The notes under the pieces: generated by a model | Databases searched by the model: none | The model's input: the letters and a program-made list of their open reading frames with translations, nothing else | What the model was told of the DNA's origin: nothing | Position numbers and translations under genes: made by a program | In this document: positions 26,307-35,889 of the stretch, piece after piece | Numbering within the stretch: position 1 is the first letter of the stretch | How the letters are laid out: every line of letters begins with the position of its first letter | IMG/VR virus record: IMGVR_UViG_637000095_000001 | From: a virus | Strand: one strand, 5' to 3' | DNA: 64,000 bases

Positions 26307-29300
26307 TGCCGTCGGACCTGAAGCAGCGCATCCAGACGGCCACCCTGAAAAGTCTGACGGCCCGCAACCGCTACAACGACCAGGTCACGGCCCAGCTCAC
26401 CCAGGCGCTGAAACAGGCCGAAGACGAGGTCGCCCGCGCCATCCTCCAGTACCGCTCCCTCGGCTCCCTGCCGGACAACAAGCTCGCCGCCCTCAAGGGG
26501 CTGGAAAAGCTCCAGCTCGAACTCGACGACACCATGAAGCGGCTCAAGCGGGAGCAGACCCTGCTCTTTCGCAAGACGACCAAGGACTCCTTCAAGCTCG
26601 GCATCCAACAGGGAATCGGAGAGCTCGCCGACGCGGCGCTGCCGTTCTACGCCGACCTCAAACCCGAAGGCATCGACAAGCTGGCCACCAAGGTGTTCAC
26701 CATCGTCGACACCAATGCCCTCGACTTCATGGCGCAGTACAACCTCACACTCGCCGGTGACGTTCACCGAGAACTCGCAGACGGCATCAAGCGCACCATC
26801 CTGAACGGCGTCGCCACGGGCAAGGGAGCCGACGACATCGTCCGGGACATGGGCAAGGTGATCATCGACAAGGACTCCTTTCGCCAGGCCGGAAGCCGGG
26901 TGTTCAGCAAGGCGCAGTACCGCATGGAGATGATCGCCCGCACCGAGGTCCTCCGCGCCCACAACATGGGCAGGCTCAAGTTCCACGAGCGGGTCGGCAT
27001 CCAGAAACTGGAATGGCTGGCCATGGAGGACGAGCGCATGTGCCCGGTCTGCGGCGGCCAGGACGGCAAGACCTTTCCCATCGACAAGTTCCCGCAGCAA
27101 CCCGCGCATCCGCACTGCCGCTGCACCAATATCGTGGCTTGGCCGATGACCGTCTGCGGCAGCGAGATGGCCGCCAAGGCCGCCACCCAGGCATCGCAGG
27201 GGGACGCCTGCATTCTCCCGCCCCACGTGCTGGAAGGCATGGCCGACGCCCAGGCCAAGGAGAACGCCAAGCTCAAGAGCGCCTTTGAAAACGGCGACAT
27301 CGCCGACCTCGGCTCGCTGACGGTCAAACAGCTCCAGACCCTGGCGAAACAGAACGGCGTGGCCATCGCCCGGACCAAGGCCGATTTCATCAAGCTGCTC
27401 GATCTGGCCGAACCCGGCATCGATCACGGCGACCTGGCCGGAGCGGCACTCAGCGCCAAGCTCAAGGAACACAAGATCGGCCTGCTGCGGACCAAGGAAG
27501 AACTGGTCGATCTGCTCGGGCTGAAGCAGACGGAACTCAAACAGGCCAAGCTGCTCGCCGCCCAGATGGCAAAGATCCCTCCAGCCGAGGGGCTGGAGGG
27601 CATGACCGCCCAGCAGCTCAAGGAGATGGCGAAGGAAAACGGCATCTCCCTCAATATGACCAAACAGGAGACCATCGAGCTGCTCGACAAGCTGGAACCC
27701 GGAGTGGATCACAGCGGCCTGATGGGCAAGGAACTCGCGGCGGCCAAACAGAAGCACGGCATCGGCATCCTCAAGAACAAACAGCAGCTCGTCGAGGCGC
27801 TACAGAAGAAGGCCGGTGCCGATATGGCCGAGTCGGTCAAGAAAAAGGCGGTCGACGAGGCCAAGCAGAAGTTGATCCTGAAACAGAAAACGGCACTCGA
27901 AGACGCCGCCAAGGCCGTGGTCGTTCCCGACACGCCGACCGGCTACAAGGATTTCCTCGACGCGATTGCCAAGGCGGAACAGGCGGTTTCCGGCGGCACC
28001 GATCTGCCCCAGGAACTGCTTGCGGCCCACAGCAAGGAAATCGCCCTCAAGAAACAGCTCTTCCAGGATCAGGTCGGCAAACTGAAATCGGCAGAGCTCA
28101 AGACGCTCGCCAAGGAGACCAAGGTCCAGTATTGGCAGTGGGCCAACAAAGACGAGCTGACCACGCTCTTCACCGAGACCGACCCCGCGAAAATCAAGGC
28201 GGTTCAGGTCAGCATCGACACCAAGCACGCCGCATGGGCCGAAAAACATGGCGGCAAGAAGAAAACCGCTCCTGCCAAGCCCGCCACACCGAAGAAAGAG
28301 CCACCGAAACCGGCTCCACAACCGAGCCCGGTCAAGCCGCCCGAGCCCAAGATCGGCAAGAAAGGTGCGGAGTTCGCCACAGTCGATTCAGCGTGGCAGC
28401 AGAAAGGTCTGCCGTCAAAATTCAAGAAATCCGGCAAGGCCGCTGTCGGCGGCGCACATGAAAAGGAGTTCTGGACCGACGAAAACGGCGACAAATGGCT
28501 GTTTAAGCCCATTGGCCGCAAGGACGATGAGTTCATCGCCTTCGGAGAGGAAGCCGCCTACAAGATTGGCCGCCTGATCGACCCCCATTCCATCGAGGTG
28601 CGCACCATCCAATTGAACGGCCGCACCGGCTCCATCCAGAAATGGCGCACCGATCTGCGGGACGACTTCGATTTTCGCAACATACTGCCCCAGGATCTGA
28701 CCACCATCGAACTGGAGCAGATCCAGCGCGAGCATGTGGTCGACTGGCTGATCGCCAACCACGACGGACATTCCAAGCAGTTCATCCGCGCCCGGGACGG
28801 TCGCGTCTACGGCATCGACAAAGGCCAGGCATTCAAGTTTCTGGGCCAGGACAAGCTCTCGCTCGACTATCACCCCAACGGCGTCTGCGGCGAGGAAGAG
28901 CCGTTTTACAACAAGGTCTTCCGGGCGGCCAAGGAAGGGAAGGTACGGGTCGATCCGAACGCGACCCTTCGCTACATCCAGGAAGTCGAAAAGATCGCCG
29001 ACGAGGATTATCTCGATCTGCTGCGCCCCTACGCCGAGGGCCGGTTCGCCAAGGACCCAGCCGGGCTGAGGCATTTCTACGATCTGGCCCTGGAACGAAA
29101 GCACAATCTTCGACGGGACTTCGAGGCTTATTACGCCGATGTGCTGGGGGATCGGGGGTTCCGTTTCGACAAGCTGACGGCCGCCACCGGCAAGAAAAAG
29201 CTGCTCTCCTCCGCCGAGGAAGCCCTGGTTGAGGAAGCCCGCAAACTCGGCTGGCAAGGCAAAACATTGCCCTTCGACAGCGGCGACGTGGAAGATCAGA

Positions 29301-30895
29301 ACGCGCTGATCTTCACCGAGACCTTCAAGGGGAAGAAGCGCACCGTGGTCAAGATGAAGATCCGGCCGGACACGGACCGCCGCATCGACGAAGTGCTGCG
29401 CAGGTATGTGCAGACGGCGGTCGGGGAAAAGGGACAACCGCTGGTCGAAGACAGCTTCTTTCCGACGATTCTGGACGCCGTCAAGAACGTCAATTTCCAC
29501 GTGGGCGACGGCAAGTACAACCGGACCAAGATCGACAAGGCCCTGCGCCTGCGCAAGAAACTGGAAGCCCTGCAAAAGAGCGCCGACCCCAAGGTCAAGG
29601 AGATGGCGGACCACTATCTGAAATGGGTCAAGGAGATCGAAGAGTCCGTCGACTGGGACCGGGCCACCAACGGCGTATTCGATCAGTACTTGCCCAAGCT
29701 CGACGCGCAGAAACCCAAGGAGAAACCGCCGTTCAAGGTGGAACGTGGCAAGGTGACCCATACCAAGCGCAGGATCGGGTCCGGCACCATTACCGTCGAG
29801 GCCGACGACATCGACAACCGGACGCTGTTCAATCACAACTCCCGCATGCAGGACGGGCACCAGTACACCGTCACCTTCGAGGACGGCACCCGGGTCCGCT
29901 ATCGCCCCTGGTCCGACACCAACCTCTATGCCCAGCGCGGCGAGCTGGAAATGATCCTGGACGGCGACGCCACCCCTGGACGGGTCGAGGCGATGCTGGA
30001 AAAGCTCGAACAGCTTGGGATCGATACCCGGGTGGCCACGGCGGAAAACGCCGAGCAGATGTATCTCGAAAAGCTCGCCTACATCCGCAAGACCGACAAG
30101 AGCGCCGACTACAAACGACTGCAGAAATCCCTCGACGACCGCAATGCCACCACCACCGAGCGGGTCCAGGCTCTGCGCGGCTATTGGCAAAAGGAACTGG
30201 GCGTTCAGGACATCACCCAGCTTTCCGGATACAACCCGCTGGGCGAATACCAGGCGGGTTTTCTGGACCGCGACGCCAAGGGCGGATACCGGCACCAGTT
30301 CCGGTTCGACATCACCGATGAGGAGCTGGAAAAACAGATGAAGGGCTATTCGCTGGTCCACGATCTGACCAACGGCGAGAGCATGTCCGGCTTCATCGAC
30401 TTGATCATGGAGAACAACGGAGCCATGGTCAGCACGGTCGAGAAGATGCGCATGGGCGTGGCTCCGGGCGGAATGTCCCCGGTGGCCGACATGCAGACCG
30501 GCGGCGCGAGCTATTTCTTCACCCGAATCAAGAAGCAACCGGCCAGCGACGCCTCACCGGCCCTCTACTTCAAGAAACAGATGCTGCGGCGCATGGACGC
30601 CATCAGCTATGACCATGACGCCTACGGCAAGGTGATTGACGACTACGTGCAGCGCAACCGGGGAGCCAGCATCGATGATTGGAAGCGGTTCTCGCAGCGC
30701 CATGGCAACGAGACCATCTTCAAATACTCGGTGACGCTACTGGACAACATCGAGTTCATCGTGGCCAGAAGCGACAACGAACGCCGGGAGATCGTCCAGA
30801 GTTTCACCCGGCGCGGCATCAAGAAACTGCCCGACGGGCGCAAGGTGGAGGACATCGTCCATACCCCGCAAAGCTGGAGCAAACGCAAACAATGA
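26306..30895 (+). CDS. MuF/SPP1-gp7 head morphogenesis protein with helical repeats, HipA/PI3K-like kinase and putative ART domain
   Basis: MuF core IARTEVLRAHN..G...W...DERMCPVC...HPHCRC; kinase WLFKP...DWLIANHDGHSKQF...IDKGQAF; C-terminal LVH...YFFTR...NETIFK. Confidence 0.85.
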   Translation: MPSDLKQRIQTATLKSLTARNRYNDQVTAQLTQALKQAEDEVARAILQYRSLGSLPDNKLAALKGLEKLQLELDDTMKRLKREQTLLFRKTTKDSFKLGIQQGIGELADAALPFYADLKPEGIDKLATKVFTIVDTNALDFMAQYNLTLAGDVHRELADGIKRTILNGVATGKGADDIVRDMGKVIIDKDSFRQAGSRVFSKAQYRMEMIARTEVLRAHNMGRLKFHERVGIQKLEWLAMEDERMCPVCGGQDGKTFPIDKFPQQPAHPHCRCTNIVAWPMTVCGSEMAAKAATQASQGDACILPPHVLEGMADAQAKENAKLKSAFENGDIADLGSLTVKQLQTLAKQNGVAIARTKADFIKLLDLAEPGIDHGDLAGAALSAKLKEHKIGLLRTKEELVDLLGLKQTELKQAKLLAAQMAKIPPAEGLEGMTAQQLKEMAKENGISLNMTKQETIELLDKLEPGVDHSGLMGKELAAAKQKHGIGILKNKQQLVEALQKKAGADMAESVKKKAVDEAKQKLILKQKTALEDAAKAVVVPDTPTGYKDFLDAIAKAEQAVSGGTDLPQELLAAHSKEIALKKQLFQDQVGKLKSAELKTLAKETKVQYWQWANKDELTTLFTETDPAKIKAVQVSIDTKHAAWAEKHGGKKKTAPAKPATPKKEPPKPAPQPSPVKPPEPKIGKKGAEFATVDSAWQQKGLPSKFKKSGKAAVGGAHEKEFWTDENGDKWLFKPIGRKDDEFIAFGEEAAYKIGRLIDPHSIEVRTIQLNGRTGSIQKWRTDLRDDFDFRNILPQDLTTIELEQIQREHVVDWLIANHDGHSKQFIRARDGRVYGIDKGQAFKFLGQDKLSLDYHPNGVCGEEEPFYNKVFRAAKEGKVRVDPNATLRYIQEVEKIADEDYLDLLRPYAEGRFAKDPAGLRHFYDLALERKHNLRRDFEAYYADVLGDRGFRFDKLTAATGKKKLLSSAEEALVEEARKLGWQGKTLPFDSGDVEDQNALIFTETFKGKKRTVVKMKIRPDTDRRIDEVLRRYVQTAVGEKGQPLVEDSFFPTILDAVKNVNFHVGDGKYNRTKIDKALRLRKKLEALQKSADPKVKEMADHYLKWVKEIEESVDWDRATNGVFDQYLPKLDAQKPKEKPPFKVERGKVTHTKRRIGSGTITVEADDIDNRTLFNHNSRMQDGHQYTVTFEDGTRVRYRPWSDTNLYAQRGELEMILDGDATPGRVEAMLEKLEQLGIDTRVATAENAEQMYLEKLAYIRKTDKSADYKRLQKSLDDRNATTTERVQALRGYWQKELGVQDITQLSGYNPLGEYQAGFLDRDAKGGYRHQFRFDITDEELEKQMKGYSLVHDLTNGESMSGFIDLIMENNGAMVSTVEKMRMGVAPGGMSPVADMQTGGASYFFTRIKKQPASDASPALYFKKQMLRRMDAISYDHDAYGKVIDDYVQRNRGASIDDWKRFSQRHGNETIFKYSVTLLDNIEFIVARSDNERREIVQSFTRRGIKKLPDGRKVEDIVHTPQSWSKRKQ

Positions 30896-31404
30896 CCATG
30901 AAGGACTTTATCGAGCAGGAAAAACGGCGGCTGCAAGAATCGCTGCACTGGTTCAACAGCCGGGGCAGCCGCATGACGGTCAGAGAATCCGGGGATCTCT
31001 TTCTGGATACCCTGGTGGACAGCTTCACCGTCACCCGGATCGCACCCCATTTCGACGCTGCTGGCAACCATCTGCGCACCGATTTCTGGCTGTTGTGGAA
31101 GGCGCTCGGTTACGACGAGGGCTTTCAGCACGCCCACACCATCAAAGTGGTCGATGTCCGGGTCGAAGACACCCTGATGGCCGAACATGACGGCAAGGAG
31201 GCCGAAGGCTGGCTGATTGTCGAGCTGACCGACGATCTGGGCCGGATTCACCATGTCGAAATGATGGAGCCGGTCTCGGAGCCCGAGCTCGCGGCGGACT
31301 GGCAACGCTGGATCGCCTACCGACAAAAAAACGCCGAAAGATTCCACCGGATCGACGCCCAGCTTCTGGAAGAGCATCTCCAGATCGCGGAGGACTGGTC
31401 ATGA
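30892..31404 (+). CDS. Hypothetical protein (candidate immunity/partner of MuF)
   Basis: ATGA overlap with the MuF stop; 170 aa. Confidence 0.7.
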   Translation: MTMKDFIEQEKRRLQESLHWFNSRGSRMTVRESGDLFLDTLVDSFTVTRIAPHFDAAGNHLRTDFWLLWKALGYDEGFQHAHTIKVVDVRVEDTLMAEHDGKEAEGWLIVELTDDLGRIHHVEMMEPVSEPELAADWQRWIAYRQKNAERFHRIDAQLLEEHLQIAEDWS

Positions 31405-31754
31405 AACTGCGCTATATGATCGACTCGATAATGGCCGACCGGCAAGCCACCGTCCCGGAATACGTGCCCGTGGGCGTCTGGGTTCAGGGGCCGGGTCCCG
31501 GTCTGGATGTGGAGATGTACTACCTCGACCGGGGGCCGAACGGGCTTGCCGACCGCAAGGACGAGGCCGCCTGGGTGGTCAACCGTCTGGTCGAGGCCGA
31601 GGCCACCTCGCTTCCGGCGAATTTTCTCGAATATCACCGGCTGTCCCGCTCCCCCTATGACGGGGTCTTTTCCGAGATCACCGAGAGCGACGAATACCCC
31701 TCCCTCGACGCCTGCGGCAAGGCCGTTCTGGCCCGGCTGAACCCCACCCGCTGA
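31401..31754 (+). CDS. Hypothetical protein (117 aa)
   Basis: ATGA overlap; GGAGG upstream. Confidence 0.7.
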   Translation: MKLRYMIDSIMADRQATVPEYVPVGVWVQGPGPGLDVEMYYLDRGPNGLADRKDEAAWVVNRLVEAEATSLPANFLEYHRLSRSPYDGVFSEITESDEYPSLDACGKAVLARLNPTR

Positions 31755-31770
31755 AATTCTCCGTCACCCT

Positions 31771-31801
31771 CCGACACATCAACGACGCTTCCGGTAAGTA
31801 A
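31771..31801 (+). promoter_or_regulatory. Element-specific promoter motif, copy 6
   Basis: CCGACAC-N13-CCGGTAAGTAA heading the protease-capsid operon. Confidence 0.85.
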
Positions 31802-31854
31802 CCGCTGAACGCTCCCCGCAGGTCGCGGAGAGCACAGCAAACTGACCGGAGACG

Positions 31855-34254
31855 TTGATGGAACTGTTCGCCACAGACCTGGAAAGGCTGGCGTTTCTAC
31901 TGGAGGCCGATGCGGCGCTGACTCTCGATCCCGATGCGCTCGGGACCGAGGCCGCCGAACAGTCCGCTCCTGAAGAGCTCCCTCCCGAGAAGCGCCCCAA
32001 GTACATCACCAACTACATCGGCAGTAAGCAGAAGCTCGTCGACTGGATCTGGAAGCATACCCCGGAAGGCGTTGGCACCGTGCTCGACGCCTTTTCGGGG
32101 TCTGCGGTCGTGGCCTACATGTACAAGACCAAGGGCCTCCAGGTCATCGCCAACGACCGGCTCCGCTACTGCCACCACGCCGCCAAGGCGATCATCGAGA
32201 ACAACTCGGTTCGCCTGAGCGAGGACGAGATCGAGGCGCTCCTGGCCGACAACGCCAAGGCGGGCAGCTTCGTTCAGGACAACTTCAAGGGCATTTTCTT
32301 CGCCAAGGGCGTCCATGCGCTGATCGACACCATCCGCGCCAACTGCGACAAGCTCTCCGGCTTCAAGAAAGACATCGCCCTGTTCGGCCTCGGCAAGACC
32401 TGCATGAGCGGCAAGGGCGGCTTCGGCCACTTCTCGTCGTCCACCGACTATGGCCGCCGCCAGGACACCCCAGACGAATTCAAGGATCGTCTGCGCAAGA
32501 ACCTGCAGCGCATCAACGCCCTGGTCTTCGACAACGACAAGGAGAACAAGGCCCACCGGCAGGACATCAACGACCTGCTGCCGAAAGCCAAGGCGGATCT
32601 GGCCTACTTCGATCCGCCCTACGCCACCGAGTTTTCGACTACCAACTACGAGCGGGCCTACCACTTCGTGGAAGGGCTCATGACCTATTGGGAAGGGCTC
32701 GAAATCAAGGCCGACACCAAGGTCAAGTATTACGAGACCGACCACAAGACCGTCACCAAGGCCAACGCCAGCGAGTTCTTCCAGACCTTTCTCGGCAATG
32801 CCAAGCACATTCCGCACTGGCTGATTTCCTACCGCGATCACGCCTATCCCAACGAGCAGGAGATGAAGCGGATCATCGGCTCCTTCGGCAAACAGAGCCG
32901 GATGAAGTCCAAGGATCACCACTACGCCATCACCTCCAAGCACGGCGAGGCTTCCAACGCCAAAGAACGTCTGTTCGTCTGCGCTCCCGGGGCCAAGGCC
33001 AGCGCCGAACGGGAGGAGAAACCCGTTCCGATGGCCGCCGCCGCGAACTTCCACACCAGCATCCCCGTGGACATCCGGCTGGGCGATGGTGAACGCCTCG
33101 CGACCGAGGCCATGGATGTCGGTTCGGCGGGCGACCCCCAGTTCAGCTTCGTGCTCTGCCGAACCGGGACCAACAAGAACGGCGACCACTTCACCGCCGA
33201 GGAGTTGTCCGGTCGGCACATGACGGCCGTGAACAAGAAGGTCGATCTGCAGCATTCGCAGGAGTTCAACGACATCGTGGGTGGCATCGTCGCCGCCGAC
33301 TACCTGGAGGACGACAACGGCGGCCGCGTGGAATGCGTCGGCGAGCTGTATGTCCACGACACCCCGGCCGCCCGGCTGGCCTACAAGCTGATGAAGCGCG
33401 GGATCATCTCCCAGGTCTCCATGGAGTGCGACTACCAGGAAGGCGAATGCTCGGTCTGCCACAAGCGCTTCCAGAACAAGGCCGACTACTGCACCCACCT
33501 GCGCAAATTCAAGGGCCGTGATGTGGGCGGCCAACCCGTTTTCGAGATTCTGCACGGCGTCACTTTCACCGGACTGGGACTGCTCGACCGCAAAGGCGCG
33601 GACGAGAACGCCAGGATTCTGCAGGTGGCGTCCCTTCAGAGCCAGCCCGACCAATCCCAACCCGAAGGAGATTCCACGATGGAAGACAAAACCAAACCTA
33701 CAGATGAACCGGCCGTCGAAGCGGCCAAGAAGAAACCGGCCCAGCAGGAAGGCGATCCTGCCCGCGTTACCGACCTGGAAAAGGAAAACCGGCAGCTCAA
33801 GGCCCAGGTGGCCGAGCTGCAGAAACGAGTCCAGGAACTGGAAGCCGAACAAAAGGCGGCCGCCTGCCGCTCCCGGGCCAAGAAGCTGCTCACCCGTCTG
33901 GAGAAGCAGGGGCTCTCCTTCGCTTCCGAGGAGGACCGGGAAGCCGAGCTGAAACGCCTGGCCGAACTGTCCGACGAAGCCTTCGCCGCCACCGAGGCCG
34001 CTTACGAACGCCTGCCCAAATCGGCCAAGGCGGACAAGGACAAGGAAGAGAAACCCGCCGACAGCGACCAGGGCGGCAAGCCCGCCGCCAAGGCATCGAC
34101 GGAAACCCCGCTACGCAGCGACGCCGGTGTCCGGCCCCACGATGTGGACGACCGCAAGGTGTCGCTCGAGGACCGTCTGCGCGACGGGTTCATGGCCGCT
34201 TACCGCAACCGTGTCGGCGAGGACTTTCCCGAACACTCGCAAATCAACGCATAA
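31855..34254 (+). CDS. DNA adenine methyltransferase (D12/Dam class) fused to prohead protease and scaffold
   Basis: NYIGSKQKL, VLDAFSGSAVV, YFDPPY (N-half); KKVDLQH...IVGGI...QVSMEC...CSVC...YCTH...FTGLGLL...AD.NARI (protease); coiled-coil acidic tail; single uninterrupted frame. Confidence 0.85.
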   Translation: MMELFATDLERLAFLLEADAALTLDPDALGTEAAEQSAPEELPPEKRPKYITNYIGSKQKLVDWIWKHTPEGVGTVLDAFSGSAVVAYMYKTKGLQVIANDRLRYCHHAAKAIIENNSVRLSEDEIEALLADNAKAGSFVQDNFKGIFFAKGVHALIDTIRANCDKLSGFKKDIALFGLGKTCMSGKGGFGHFSSSTDYGRRQDTPDEFKDRLRKNLQRINALVFDNDKENKAHRQDINDLLPKAKADLAYFDPPYATEFSTTNYERAYHFVEGLMTYWEGLEIKADTKVKYYETDHKTVTKANASEFFQTFLGNAKHIPHWLISYRDHAYPNEQEMKRIIGSFGKQSRMKSKDHHYAITSKHGEASNAKERLFVCAPGAKASAEREEKPVPMAAAANFHTSIPVDIRLGDGERLATEAMDVGSAGDPQFSFVLCRTGTNKNGDHFTAEELSGRHMTAVNKKVDLQHSQEFNDIVGGIVAADYLEDDNGGRVECVGELYVHDTPAARLAYKLMKRGIISQVSMECDYQEGECSVCHKRFQNKADYCTHLRKFKGRDVGGQPVFEILHGVTFTGLGLLDRKGADENARILQVASLQSQPDQSQPEGDSTMEDKTKPTDEPAVEAAKKKPAQQEGDPARVTDLEKENRQLKAQVAELQKRVQELEAEQKAAACRSRAKKLLTRLEKQGLSFASEEDREAELKRLAELSDEAFAATEAAYERLPKSAKADKDKEEKPADSDQGGKPAAKASTETPLRSDAGVRPHDVDDRKVSLEDRLRDGFMAAYRNRVGEDFPEHSQINA

Positions 34255-34266
34255 GGAGGAAACACC

Positions 34267-34629
34267 ATGTCATTCATCAATCCGTGTCACCGCAGCCTCG
34301 CCTATGGCGACGGCCACATCCAGGGCGACGGCCAACTCGGCCAGGTGGTCCGCGTGGTCGGCGACGACCTGTTCGCCGTCAACACCGATCCCACCAAGCG
34401 CTCCTTCGGCATCCTGATCAAGGATTACGCCGGTGGCGAAATGCCCGGCATCTACTGCGACGGCGGCGTTTACGAGACTGACGCCTTCGAAGGGACCGTC
34501 GTCGCCGGAGACGACCTGAAAGTTTCGGCGAGCGGTCGGCTGACCAACGGCATCGCGGCCGGAGAGCACGTCGTCGCCCACGCCATTTCCGTACAGAGCG
34601 GCGTCCTCAAATTCCGCCTGCTCGTCTAA
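34267..34629 (+). CDS. Head decoration/cement protein
   Basis: 120-aa beta-rich protein between protease and capsid; AAGGAGG RBS. Confidence 0.7.
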   Translation: MSFINPCHRSLAYGDGHIQGDGQLGQVVRVVGDDLFAVNTDPTKRSFGILIKDYAGGEMPGIYCDGGVYETDAFEGTVVAGDDLKVSASGRLTNGIAAGEHVVAHAISVQSGVLKFRLLV

Positions 34630-34647
34630 CCCAAGGAGCCAACGCAC

Positions 34648-35511
34648 ATGAAAACCAATCAGTTGAAGATCCATTCCCAGGAATACATGGAAACCATGGC
34701 GCGGCTCATGAGCGAGGCTCTCGAGTCGCCCGAAGGCATGCGGGCGCTTGCCGCCGCCATTGCCGCGCCCATCGAACAGGAGATCAAGCGCAAGGAGATC
34801 TCCTCGCTGCTGCTCACCAAGCACACGCTGCCAAAGGGCGAACGTCCGGTTTACCAGAAGAAACCGACCGTCAAGGCCCACTGGATCAGCAAGGACGGCG
34901 ACGCCCAGGAGCAGGAGGTGGGCAAGGACGAAGTCGAGTTCCCCACCAACCGCATCCACTCCAATCCGATGGTGGACGTGTCCGTCCTCAAGAACGGCAA
35001 CATCGGCACGCTGATGGACATCCAGACCAGCGCCGCCGACGCCATCCGCAAGGAGATGGACCGCCGCACCATCTCGGTGCTCTCCTCGGCCATCCCGGCG
35101 ACCAACACCATCGAGGTCACCGGCGACCTGCTCACCGAAGAGGCGCTGAACGAAGCCATCTCGATCATCGAGGACCTGGAGCTGTCGGTGAAGTACATCG
35201 TCATGCGCGGCCGCCGGTTCAACGACATGCGCGGCTGGAACCTCGATCCCCAGACCAAGCTCGAGCTGCGCCAGAAGGGCGTCATCAAGAACTACGGCAC
35301 CGGCGGCATTCTGCTGACCGCCTCCATGCCGCTGGACGAGATCATCATCGTCCCGGATGAAGAGGTCGGAAAGATGCCGGTGCGCGAAAACCTGAAGACG
35401 GAGTCCATCGATCAGAAGACCCGCTTCAAGACCGGCTGGCTGGTGTGGTCCGAAATCGGCCAGGGCATTACCCGCCCTGACATCATGGCCAAGGTCAAAC
35501 TGGTTCCGTAA
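34648..35511 (+). CDS. Major capsid protein (HK97-like fold)
   Basis: Position; VEFPTNRIHSNPMV...IQTSAADAIRKEMDRR..., terminal GWLVWSEIGQGITRP. Confidence 0.82.
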   Translation: MKTNQLKIHSQEYMETMARLMSEALESPEGMRALAAAIAAPIEQEIKRKEISSLLLTKHTLPKGERPVYQKKPTVKAHWISKDGDAQEQEVGKDEVEFPTNRIHSNPMVDVSVLKNGNIGTLMDIQTSAADAIRKEMDRRTISVLSSAIPATNTIEVTGDLLTEEALNEAISIIEDLELSVKYIVMRGRRFNDMRGWNLDPQTKLELRQKGVIKNYGTGGILLTASMPLDEIIIVPDEEVGKMPVRENLKTESIDQKTRFKTGWLVWSEIGQGITRPDIMAKVKLVP

Positions 35512-35529
35512 TCCGGGAGGTGACGTGAG

Positions 35530-35889
35530 ATGAATCGAATCAAGAACATCCGTCCCGGCGTTCTGGTGATCCCCGACGCCGGGCTGAAACTCAAGCCCGG
35601 CCAGGTAGTCGAGGTGGAACGCCTCACCAAGCAGATCCAGGCGGCGCTCAAGAACGGCCGCCTGGCCATGGCCGACAAACCGAAGCAGGAACCGCTCGCC
35701 CCTCCAGAGCCAGACCAGGACGCGGAACCGGTGGACCTGAGCAAGCTCTCCGCCACCGACGCGATTTCCAAGGTCAACGAGGAGGCCAATCCGGAGACCC
35801 TCAAGGGCTACATGGAAACCGAGAAACGCCGCACGGTGATCGACGCGCTCAAGAGCCGTCTGGAGGGCCTGCAAGGTGCTGCTGAGTGA
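35530..35889 (+). CDS. Hypothetical head-associated protein
   Basis: GGAGG RBS; C-terminal DLSKLSATDAI...EKRRTVIDALKSRL helical domain. Confidence 0.7.
   Translation: MNRIKNIRPGVLVIPDAGLKLKPGQVVEVERLTKQIQAALKNGRLAMADKPKQEPLAPPEPDQDAEPVDLSKLSATDAISKVNEEANPETLKGYMETEKRRTVIDALKSRLEGLQGAAE

Noticed and set aside
31855-33030. Restriction-modification system
   Set aside because: No cognate endonuclease adjacent; the MTase is fused to head-assembly domains
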